DNA of 64,000 nt from Octopus bimaculoides (Eukaryota), in NCBI RefSeq assembly GCF_001194135.2, contig NC_068985.1:41391808-41455807 (forward strand), in the 5' to 3' direction. Shown one piece after another: positions 1-11,186 of this stretch. Below the pieces are notes generated by a model. It did not search any database and was not told where the DNA came from. It was given only the letters and a program-made list of their open reading frames with translations. A program made the position numbers and the translations under genes. Each line of letters starts with the position of its first letter. The stretch's first letter is position 1.

Positions 1-180
1 GTGACATGTGGCTCATGGTACACCTGTACAGGTGATATCGATTTAATGGAGGGAGTGAGCTTATGTATGCACAAACATTTGATCACTACAAACAAATCAT
101 CTGTGTGGTTGTTCGGCAAGAAACAGTCGTACTCCCATACGTCATCTAACGACGGGGGAGTCCAAGATGTATACACACAC

Positions 181-222
<42 letters not shown>

Positions 223-228
223 TATACA

Positions 229-399
229 GGCGCAGGCATGACTGTGTGGTAAGGAGCTTGCTTCTCAACCACATGATCCCGGGTTCTGTCCCTCTGCGTT
301 GCACTTTGGGTAAGTGACGTCTACTATAGCCTCAGGCCGACAAAAGCCTTGAGTGGATTTGGTTTACGGAAACTGAAAGAAGCCCGTCATATATATATA

Positions 400-434
<35 letters not shown>

Positions 435-654
435 CTTTGTGTCTGTATTTGCCCCCACTTCCATCACTACGTGACCATCGATGCTGGTGTGTTTACGTAC
501 CCGTTATTTAGCGATTCGGCAAACGAAACCGATGTAATAAGTACAAGGCTTTAAAAATCGTCCTGGGGGTCTATTTGTTCGACAAAAACTCTTCAAGGCG
601 ATGCTCCAGCTTGGCCGCAGTCAAATGACTGAAACAAGTAAAAGAATAAAAGAA
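229..654 (+). mobile_element. SINE family A: composite element with tRNA-like head, internal (TA)/(TG)n and right monomer; near full length
   Basis: A-box-like TGACTGTGTGG and B-box-like GGTTCTGTCCC. Same head/microsatellite/right-arm layout recurs at 55915-56302 and 59613-59994 on the minus strand. Ends in an (AAAAGA) tail. Confidence 0.85.
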
Positions 655-1155
655 TATATATATTTATACATATATACCTACACATACATATATTGTATGA
701 CAAAAATCCAACCAGTGTTTGAAATTGTGTCTCTTAAATATTATTTCACGTGAATACTCTAAAAATTATAACTGTATTTAGTAGCGGAACAGTAATGGAA
801 TTCTGTTTAATTTAACTATATCTCCCACACTACTCGTATTCTTTAAGCATTTTTTTTTCAATTAATCCTAAATTACTCCTTAGATTAAATTAATTTAATA
901 TTTAATATTTGATTCAAAGTTAGAGTTAATAAAATGTAAATTTTTTTCAATATACATAATCAAATTAAATATTTACCAGTATCGAATTTATATTATGTAA
1001 TATCTCTATATTTCCTTTCCCTTTTTGTCCTCGGAAAAATTATTAAATTGTTTTAGTAATGTAATTATAAAACTCGTTTGATGGCTAAACATTGATGAAT
1101 TATAAATATATGAATTTTGATAGATTACACACACGCATGCACGCACACAGACGCA

Positions 1156-1205
<50 letters not shown>

Positions 1206-1473
1206 CGCGCACACGCACACATACTTACTGTTTCACACACACAAACACATTCAGATGTAATGTTACATAAGTGACTTAAGGGCCAAGAGTTTTGTGCCTT
1301 ACACTTATCAAACCTATGTGAGTGTATGTGTCTGTGTGTGTCTCTGTGTGTACGTATGTGAGACTGTGCGTGTGTGCGCACGTGCATCTGTATCTATCTG
1401 TCTATGATTATACACGTATATATATAAGCATACAATATATATATGCATATATGTACGTGTAATTATATATATA

Positions 1474-2348
1474 CAAGGTGTGGTGGGTAAATTTTCGCCA
1501 TTTTATATTTTAATTTCGCGTATGCGCATTTTGCTATTTTTATTTTGTCGACTACACAGTATGGCAGGGGCAGCTGGGCACCGTCTGTGAGAGAAACAGC
1601 ACCATGACACAATTCACTCTGCCAGAAATATGGAAGCGATATGCTGTATTGCTTGGTATTCACGCCAGAAGCTCCAATACAAACATTTCAGAGTGTTTGG
1701 GTGTCAATCTGAGGACAGAATAATCTGAGGACATGTACCGAGAGTGATAAAAATCAAACATCCAGTCGACATCATGGTATTTGAAGTGATCACTAGTGAT
1801 GGCGACGTTATGCTCGCGTTCATCTTCCCACGCGGCCTCACACTCAGCACGGAGGCCTACATCAAGTGCCTGAAGGAGGTAGTGCAACACTGGGTCAAGA
1901 GGGTAGCTACTGGAAGATCCTATGTCTAGCAACCATGTGACATAAGCAGGAGAACTAAGTCATGCCTGTTAGACAATTTCTGCGACCACATCATCCTTAA
2001 CACCTGGCCAACAAACTCCCCAAACTGCAATCTCTTGATTATTATGTGTGGGGAGCAGTTGAGTGAGAGACCAACAAAATTCCTTGTAACATCATAGGTG
2101 AACTGAAGGTAGGGATTACGGCAGCATTCACCAATTTAAACAAGGAGACCGTCCAGAAGAGTTGCAGGAGATTCCGAAGTCATCCGGAGGCCGTGGTTGA
2201 AGCCAATGGTGATTTTATCAAATAAGTTTACCCTTTAATATTTCAAGATATTTTTATGTAATTTTAGTAAATATAACTGTTAAATTGAGATGTCAGTGTT
2301 ATTTTCATTTTTTCTTAATATAGGCGACAGTTTATTCACCGCACCCTG
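1474..2348 (+). mobile_element. maT-like (DD37D) Tc1/mariner transposon, internally deleted
   Basis: Imperfect ~26-bp TIRs (CAAGGTGTGGTGGGTAAATTTTCGCC / GGCGACAGTTTATTCACCGCACCCTG) with TA on both sides. Catalytic-domain remnant IKHPVDIMVFEVITSDGDVM...NSPNCN.LDY is homologous to the copy at 58292-59531. Confidence 0.85.
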
Positions 2349-2359
2349 TATATAGTTCA

Positions 2360-2502
2360 AATTTATAGAAAACAAAAGACGAAGACAGATGAGGGAAAAA
2401 CAATTTGTTTGACGCTCAGGAAGAATGGAAAAGTCTTTAAAGTTTCAAGCCTACTCTCCTTCGACAGAAACCGATAAGAGAGAAAAAATAAAATAAAGAG
2501 AG
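2360..2502 (-). mobile_element. Penelope-like terminal (pLTR-type) repeat fragment
   Basis: Reverse complement matches 3400-3552 (CTGTCGAAG..GTAGGCT.GAA...AAAGACTTT...GAGCGT). The motif resembles PLE ends; family assignment is inferred. Confidence 0.5.
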
Positions 2503-3339
2503 NNNNNNNNNNNNNNNNNNNNNNNNNNNNNNNNNNNNNNNNNNNNNNNNNNNNNNNNNNNNNNNNNNNNNNNNNNNNNNNNNNNNNNNNNNNNNNNNNN
2601 NNNNNNNNNNNNNNNNNNNNNNNNNNNNNNNNNNNNNNNNNNNNNNNNNNNNNNNNNNNNNNNNNNNNNNNNNNNNNNNNNNNNNNNNNNNNNNNNNNNN
2701 NNNNNNNNNNNNNNNNNNNNNNNNNNNNNNNNNNNNNNNNNNNNNNNNNNNNNNNNNNNNNNNNNNNNNNNNNNNNNNNNNNNNNNNNNNNNNNNNNNNN
2801 NNNNNNNNNNNNNNNNNNNNNNNNNNNNNNNNNNNNNNNNNNNNNNNNNNNNNNNNNNNNNNNNNNNNNNNNNNNNNNNNNNNNNNNNNNNNNNNNNNNN
2901 NNNNNNNNNNNNNNNNNNNNNNNNNNNNNNNNNNNNNNNNNNNNNNNNNNNNNNNNNNNNNNNNNNNNNNNNNNNNNNNNNNNNNNNNNNNNNNNNNNNN
3001 NNNNNNNNNNNNNNNNNNNNNNNNNNNNNNNNNNNNNNNTGCTTCCCCCACTCTCGCTCCCCCCACACCCCAACACCACGACACGACACCACACCACCAC
3101 ACCACACACCACCATACCACACACCACCATACCACACACCACCATACCACATCACACCACATCACACCACCCTGCACACACTAGCACTGACCACTTCCCA
3201 GTACCTACACCATCATTCACACACCTACACATGCACACACATACACGTCAATGTCACCAGCCCCTTTCCATATGCACATACACGCGTATGCGCACCTTCG
3301 TTTGGGATCACTACTACTTTATTATCTCCCCTTCTTCCT

Positions 3340-3552
3340 AGCTCTCCTATGTGACCCCTCTCTCCGGCATTCGCCATGATAGATCGCTAGCCACTAAACC
3401 TTTTTCTATTTTCTCTCCCTATTTATTTCTGTGTTCCATTCTGTCGAAGAGCGTAGGCTCGAATCTTAAAAGACTTTCACACTTCCCGAGCGTTAAGCTA
3501 ATACATTTGTTTGTTGTTTACACACCCGTCTTCGTGTTTTGTGTTTTTGTAA
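3340..3552 (+). mobile_element. Penelope-like terminal (pLTR-type) repeat fragment
   Basis: CTGTCGAAGAGCGTAGGCTCGAA motif with stem GAGC/GCTC; second copy in inverted orientation at 2360-2502. Confidence 0.5.
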
Positions 3553-3707
3553 ANNNNNNNNNNNNNNNNNNNNNNNNNNNNNNNNNNNNNNNNNNNNNNN
3601 NNNNNNNNNNNNNNNNNNNNNNNNNNNNNNNNNNNNNNNNNNNNNNNNNNNNNNNNNNNNNNNNNNNNNNTATATATATATATATATATTTATATATACA
3701 CACATAC

Positions 3708-4916
3708 ACGAGAGTGGACTGAAAAGTCACTATGATGGAATGATACTAGAGATGTGAAATCGTACATACGTTAATTTCACCTCTTCTCATAAAGAATTTC
3801 ATTGTTTGTTTCCAGATAAACTGACATCTGACTGTTCACAGAATACTTCAAAAGTAACTAGTAGCGACTTCTCTTGAAAGGCGATAAAATTTGGCAGAAA
3901 AACAGTTTACACCCCCAAGACATTCATGCTGACATAGTTGCTGCATTTGAGGTTGATGTACCAGCCTTACCAACAGGGCAAAAATGGGCAGCTGAATTTA
4001 GGAGGGAAAGGGAGAGTGTTGAAGATGACCCATATTCTGGACGTCTTGCAACTGCCACTACCGAAGAAAACATGATGATGGTTCACAGGCGCTTGACTAT
4101 AAATAAACTCGCTAATGCTATTGTTATATCCCGCGAGAGATTTCAGAATATTCTGCACAACGAACTCAGCATGTCAATGGTTTCTGCTTGGTGGGTGCCA
4201 CATCTTCTGACACCTGATCAAAAGCGCACCAGGCTGGTCACATCACGGGAAAATCTGACATTGTTTTTAGGCAGACCCAGCTGTTTCCTTGAACGTCTCC
4301 TCAGTCAAGATGAGTGTCGGCTTCATCGCTTTGCACCAGAAACAAAGAGACAATCCATGTAATGAAAACACCGCTTCTCACCTACTTCAAAGAAGGTCAT
4401 GGTCATTTCGTGTGCAGGGAAGGTGATGGCCTCAGGATTTTTGGGAGGCAAAAGGTATTGTATTTATTGACTATCTTCATAAGGGCCACACTACGAGTCG
4501 AGAATACTTATACCAACTCGTTGAGGCAGTTACGAAATATTATCAAGTGCATACACCCAAGAAAGCTGACGAAAGGGGTCTTGTTTCATCAGGACATCGT
4601 TTAAATGGCTGCTGTGCGCGACTGTACCCTTGAACTGGTTGGTCACCGTCCTTATTGTCCTGATTTGGCCCCATCTGATTATCATCTGTTCCCCAAGATG
4701 TAAGAACATTTGGTTGGGAGGGTCGTATGTGCTATTCATGACTCTTTCGAACAATTAGATAAAAGTTTCTTCATCAATAGGATCCAAGCACTGCAACACC
4801 AATGGAAGAAGTGTGTGGACTGCAAGTGGGGGTGGGGCATGTTGAAAAATAAACCTCATTTGGTCACATTCCATGAGAGTAAATTGGTCAGCCTATGAAG
4901 TTTCAAGCAAACTTCG
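3708..4916 (+). mobile_element. mariner transposon (irritans/Himar-like), decayed transposase
   Basis: KWAAEFRR..SVEDD..SGR, WVPHLL, QDE, KVMAS.FW, LFHQD and PYCPDLAPSDYHLF motifs across frames, broken by stops and frameshifts. Degenerate TIRs at both ends. Confidence 0.9.
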
Positions 4917-5858
4917 TATGTATGTATGTATGTATGTATGTATGTATGTATGTATGTGTGTGTGTGTGTGCGTAGATGGATGGACATTAAGAATATGCCA
5001 TGTGGTGGGTACATTAAGCAGTTAATATATGCAATATATGCAGTGAGCATGGTGATGTTATCACATTACGTGAAACGTACGATGTAATTAGATTTATACG
5101 CAATTGTATTTCTAGCTGTGCTTTAAATAGGAACTAATTATGTCGAAATCACAAGCCTTCGATTGTTAGACACAGCTTGTTATAAAGCTTAGATTGTTTC
5201 TGAGCAATGGCTGGAGATATATTATTATTATAGAATTAACAGATTTAACTAAATGCTCGCTCATATGCTGCATTTATTATAAATGTATTTATCTCGGCAT
5301 ATCTGTATATGTGAATATATATATATACGTACATACGTATGTGTATATGTATATATGTCTGTACATACATTAAACACGTATACACACACAGACACACAGA
5401 CACACACGTACGCACGCACGCACACACATACGCACACATACACACTCACACACACACGTATATATATCATCATTTGAACAGAGACACTCACTCAATCACG
5501 GAGAACTGCTTAGTATGGTCAAAAGTCATTTTATAAACCGGCGATTGTGTTCAAAATTAGTGGTTCCCGAACTATTGGTTTAGATGTTTTGCAAACAACT
5601 TGCACATGAAAGTGTTACCAGTCGAAAGCTCCGCATACCGGAAGCCAGCAAGTGTCTGGGGTCATCAGGACAGAATGGGCGCCGCCTCGGGACCTACATC
5701 TCGACGGCATTATTGCGCATCGGCCCCCTCACTGATATGAGGCCCCCGCTTGCTAGATCAAGTATTGGCTTAAACTTATGTATATCTTGGTTTCAAATTT
5801 TGCCACAACGCCAGCAATTTCGGGGGTGGGGGGTAAAGTGGATTACGTATATATATGC

Positions 5859-5924
<66 letters not shown>

Positions 5925-6198
5925 NNNNNNNNNNNNNNNNNNNNNNNNNNNNNNNNNNNNNNNNNNNNNNNNNNNNNNNNNNNNNNNNNNNNNNNNNNNN
6001 NNNNNNNNNNNNNNNNNNNNNNNNNNNNNNNNNNNNNNNNNNNNNNNNNNNNNNNNNNNNNNNNNNNNNNNNNNNNNNNNNNNNNNNNNNNNNNNNNNNN
6101 NNNNNNNNNNNNNNNNNNNNNNNNNNNNNNNNNNNNNNNNNNNNNNNNNNNNNNNNNNNNNNNNNNNNNNNNNNNNNNNNNNNNNNNNNNNNNNNNNA

Positions 6199-7000
6199 TT
6201 TTTATCGAGAATTCTATTTTTGAATCATTTTGGAATCTATTTTGTATTTTTTTTTTTTTTACTAGTTAATTTCAGTTAATTTTTGTTTATTTTCAGATCA
6301 TTAAAATGGATTGTCAAGTTTTAAAAAAACAAGCATTTTCGACACCTCTTTCTTTTTGCTTTTAATCAAGGTTCTAAGACCGCAAAAGCTGCTCGCGACA
6401 TTTGTGCTGTGTATGGAAAGGGTGCCATAGCTGAAAGAAATGCTCGTAATTGGTATGCCATGTTCAAAAATGGAAATTTTGACCTCAAAGAGGCACCTCA
6501 GTCTGGCCGTCCAGTTGAGTTCGATGAAGAGCGATTAAACCAACTTTTGCACGAAAATTCTCGTCAAACGACAAGGGAACTGACAGAGAAAATGGAATGC
6601 TCCCACACAGCTATAGAGAAGCATCTTCACTCGCTGGGAAAGATTCAGAAGTATGGAGCATGGGTTCCGCATGCTTTAAGTGGCAACAACAAAAATCAGC
6701 GAGCCACAATCTCTGCTGGTTTGCTTGCTCGTCACCGCTCAACTCATGGACACAAGCAACGATTCCTTTACCGAATCGGTACTGGCGACGAAAAATGGTG
6801 CCTGTACATCAATATGAAGCAGCGTAGGGAATGGCTTAGCGTCAGTAAATAAGCGACACCGCGCGTGAAACAAGATCTTCATCCGCGTAAAACGATGTTG
6901 TCCGTATGGTGGGACTGGGAAGGGTTTATCCATTACGAATTGCTTGAGCAGAACCAAACGGTCAACGCGGAACTCTATGTTAAACAGTTGAAACGACTCA
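6199..7000 (+). mobile_element. mariner transposon (Mos1/Hsmar1-like), transposase pseudogene running into a gap
   Basis: ATG at 6306, then a frameshift in an A run, then AARDICAVYG...SGRP...WVPHAL...TGDEKW, a TAA at 6850, and HPRKTMLSVWWDWEG..YELL. Confidence 0.93.
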
Positions 7001-8202
7001 NNNNNNNNNNNNNNNNNNNNNNNNNNNNNNNNNNNNNNNNNNNNNNNNNNNNNNNNNNNNNNNNNNNNNNNNNNNNNNNNNNNNNNNNNNNNNNNNNNNN
7101 NNNNNNNNNNNNNNNNNNNNNNNNNNNNNNNNNNNNNNNNNNNNNNNNNNNNNNNNNNNNNNNNNNNNNNNNNNNNNNNNNNNNNNNNNNNNNNNNNNNN
7201 NNNNNNNNNNNNNNNNNNNNNNNNNNNNNNNNNNNNNNNNNNNNNNNNNNNNNNNNNNNNNNNNNNNNNNNNNNNNNNNNNNNNNNNNNNNNNNNNNNNN
7301 NNNNNNNNNNNNNNNNNNNNNNNNNNNNNNNNNNNNNNNNNNNNNNNNNNNNNNNNNNNNNNNNNNNNNNNNNNNNNNNNNNNNNNNNNNNNNNNNNNNN
7401 NNNNNNNNNNNNNNNNNNNNNNNNNNNNNNNNNNNNNNNNNNNNNNNNNNNNNNNNNNNNNNNNNNNNNNNNNNNNNNNNNNNNNNNNNNNNNNNNNNNN
7501 NNNNNNNNNNNNNNNNNNNNNNNNNNNNNNNNNNNNNNNNNNNNNNNNNNNNNNNNNNNNNNNNNNNNNNNNNNNNNNNNNNNNNNNNNNNNNNNNNNNN
7601 NNNNNNNNNNNNNNNNNNNNNNNNNNNNNNNNNNNNNNNNNNNNNNNNNNNNNNNNNNNNNNNNNNNNNNNNNNNNNNNNNNNNNNNNNNNNNNNNNNNN
7701 NNNNNNNNNNNNNNNNNNNNNNNNNNNNNNNNNNNNNNNNNNNNNNNNNNNNNNNNNNNNNNNNNNNNNNNNNNNNNNNNNNNNNNNNNNNNNNNNNNNN
7801 NNNNNNNNNNNNNNNNNNNNNNNNNNNNNNNNNNNNNNNNNNNNNNNNNNNNNNNNNNNNNNNNNNNNNNNNNNNNNNNNNNNNNNNNNNNNNNNNNNNN
7901 NNNNNNNNNNNNNNNNNNNNNNNNNNNNNNNNNNNNNNNNNNNNNNNNNNNNNNNNNNNNNNNNNNNNNNNNNNNNNNNNNNNNNNNNGTAGATTATACA
8001 CATATTATATTATGCTATATTATATTATATTATATTATACACATGTAGAGCTTGAAACACGTGTACCGCGGAATCCTTTGTAGTTTTGTTGTTATTTTTT
8101 TGTTTTGGATTTACAATTTATTATTTCACCGCAACCACTAGCTGGAATACACAGGTGCTTACAATTGTCAAGTATTACCTCTAAATTTCAATTTACCTAC
8201 GT

Positions 8203-8204
<2 letters not shown>

Positions 8205-8266
<62 letters not shown>

Positions 8267-8290
8267 CGCAGACAGACAGACAGACAACAG
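8205..8290. repeat. (AGAT)n/(AGAC)n microsatellite
   Basis: Visible tandem tetranucleotide run. Confidence 0.95.
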
Positions 8291-8738
8291 GCAGATATAT
8301 AAAGAATTATATATGTATATATATTTCGTATAGGCATAGCGATGCTAATAACTTGATGTTAGAACTCCATATATAGAGAAGAGTTAATGATACATATAAT
8401 TGCTAAATATTCCGGATGTTGTAACTGACACTTTTAAGTACAGAAGAGAATAACAAGCATTTAGGGTTATCTACATAAATTGACTTAATCATTCGTTCTT
8501 CCACGATCAATAAAATGAAATTATTAATCAAGTCCTGTGATTGATTTTATTGAATGTTCACTCTTTAGAATATTGTAGCTATACTTCTAGGTCAGAAATC
8601 AATATATATATATATACACATATTATATTATGTTATATTATATTATGTTATATTATATTATACACATGTAGATCTTGAAACACGTGTACCGCAGAATCCT
8701 TTGTAGTTTTGTTGCTATTTTTTTCTTTTGGATTTACA

Positions 8739-8741
<3 letters not shown>

Positions 8742-8822
<81 letters not shown>

Positions 8823-9109
8823 ATACATATTGTGCATATGTATGTATATGTACATATCATATATATACATTTATATATTGTGCATATGTCTGTATATGTA
8901 TATATCATATATATACATATATATATATATTATATAATATATGTATGTTTATGTATATTATACATACATATAATATATAACGTAATATATATATATATAT
9001 ATTATAGATATACATATATATAGATATGTATAGATATATAAATGTATACACACACACATATATATTATATATATATATACATATATTTAGATATATATAT
9101 ATGCATATA

Positions 9110-9180
<71 letters not shown>
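8742..9180. repeat. (TA)n/(TACA)n compound microsatellite
   Basis: Visible tandem runs; these generate the YI/IY pseudo-ORFs. Confidence 0.95.
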
Positions 9181-9184
<4 letters not shown>

Positions 9185-9519
9185 GTGTAAAGTGTATATT
9201 ATATATTGGAAGTTATATATATACTAAAACTGTAATTCTGTTATTAAAATATATATATTACATATACATGAAATAACTATATATTTTATATATGATCTAG
9301 ATATAATTTTGTAGTCATTGTAATATATATTATATACTGTATAATAATATACATGCAATATTCTAATTATTAATATACATATATGCTATATGCATAATAT
9401 AATTATAACGTTATAATTACTAAAATATATAACATATAGTTACAATACTATATTTATTAAAAGTAGATCATCTTATTTGAATATATGATATATTAAATAA
9501 TATATATTTTATATTCCTT

Positions 9520-9625
9520 TCTACTATAGGTTCAAGGCCTGAAGTTTTAGGGTAAGGTGCTAGCCGATTACATCGACCCAGTACGCGACTGGTACTTATT
9601 TAATCGAAATGCAAAGTCGACCTTA
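9520..9625 (-). mobile_element. SINE-B 3' fragment
   Basis: Matches the tail and body of SINE-B (ATCGACCC..GTAC...CTGGTACTTA...GCAAAGTCGACC). Confidence 0.7.
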
Positions 9626-10090
9626 CAGAAAATATTCTAAACTAAAATCCATAATATATATATCTTACACGTAATATACGTGTAATCCTACAACTAGTAA
9701 AATATATAGTGTCCATAATAAATTATCAACTATACAGATAGATGTAACTGTAATGCTGTTATCAAAAATACATTTTGTATGACATGTACTCCACACATAT
9801 GCGTATATGTTATACACTTTCTACAGATATATATATTACGCACATATAACGCTATTTTAAAAATATATGTATTATTGAGTTATATACTGTAATATTTAAT
9901 ACCATTAAAATAATTACCACCTTCTAAGGCGCAATTCCCCCACACCTTAAAAACGTCTTAGAAAATTTACTTCCGTCTTATGAGTACAAAGCTCATTGTA
10001 TCAGTTTCTAGCAAATGGTGCTGAAATTAAAGTGCATCTTATAATTAAACTGTGTCTTATAAGCCGTCAAAAACGTTGAATGCATATACA

Positions 10091-10246
10091 GGCGTGGCTG
10101 TGTGGTAAGAAGCTTGCTTTCCTACCACATGGTTCCGGGTTCAGTCCTACTGCGTGGCACCTGGGTAAGTCTCCTCTGCTGTAGCCTCGGGCCGACCAAA
10201 GCCTGAGTGGATTTAGTAGACGGAAACTGAAAGTATTCAGTCGTAT
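10091..10246 (+). mobile_element. SINE family A, left monomer only
   Basis: GGCGTGGCTGTGTGGTAAGAAGCTTGC...GGTTCAGTCC...GGAAACTGAAAG matches 229-390. Confidence 0.85.
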
Positions 10247-10493
10247 ACGGTTTTTTATTGTTTTAGTCACCTATATTATAACGTATTACACGTGTATAAG
10301 GGATGACCACTAGGTGGACATCCAATATGCTAGAAAGAAGTCATCAACGACCCAACCACAAAGAAAAATAATGTAATGTAATGTAAAAATAATATATTAT
10401 AACGTATTTAATATATCATAGTATTAATTTATCGTTATAATATCTTCTTTTATATATATATATATTATTGTGCCTGAGGTGAGTTATTCTCTT

Positions 10494-10980
10494 TTAGTGC
10501 CTTATTACTTAACACACTCACCGGTTCGATTTCCACTCATTTACTTATTATTTTCGAAAATTTTGGTTGCGTCTTGCAACCTTTTCAATAGTCGTTGACT
10601 CTGTCCATTATCAGAGCTATCTTCTTTTTGTTTGTTTGTTTGTGCGCATGTGTGTGCGCCAGTGTGCATGTGTATACACATACATAAGTATGTATGCATG
10701 TATGTATGTATGTATGTATGCACATACATACACATATACATATGTATGTATATATCTATGTATATACTTAGATATACACATACTTACATATGTGTATACA
10801 CATGCGCACTGACGCACACATATGCACACAAACAAACAAGCAAAAAGAACGCGACTCTGATAACGGACAAAATCAACGACTATTAAAGAGGTTGCAAGAC
10901 GCAACCAGAATTTTCGAAAAAATAAATAAGTAAATGAGTGGAAATCGGACCGATGAGTGTGTTAAGTAATAAGGCACTAA
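10494..10980. repeat. long inverted repeat / foldback element with ~200-bp arms
   Basis: 10494-10692 is the reverse complement of about 10779-10980, with scattered substitutions. The ORF track shows paralogous MRLAT... peptides on opposite strands. Confidence 0.9.
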
Positions 10981-11029
10981 CTCTCCCCAGACACAATAAA
11001 ATATACTTCAACACACGAATTCAACTCGC

Positions 11030-11186
11030 AGATCAGATCGGCAAAAGAAACCGATAGAATGAGTACTAGGCTTACAATAAATAAATCCTGGGGTCGATTT
11101 CTTAGACTAAAAACCCTTAAAGACGGTCCTCCAACACGGCCGGAGTCAAATGACTGAAACAAGCACAAGAATAAAAGATAAAGAAT
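11030..11186 (+). mobile_element. SINE family A, right monomer
   Basis: CGGCAAAAGAAACCGATAGAATGAGTACTAGGCTTAC...GTCAAATGACTGAAACAAG matches 515-654. Confidence 0.8.

Noticed and set aside
6306-7000. Domesticated SETMAR-like gene
   Set aside because: It has a frameshift and an internal stop, no SET-domain exon is visible, and it is best explained as an ordinary mariner copy.
9880-10075. Possible pogo-type MITE (TAAGGCGCA...GTGTCTTATAAGCCG)
   Set aside because: Only one end resembles a TIR and no TSD could be verified.
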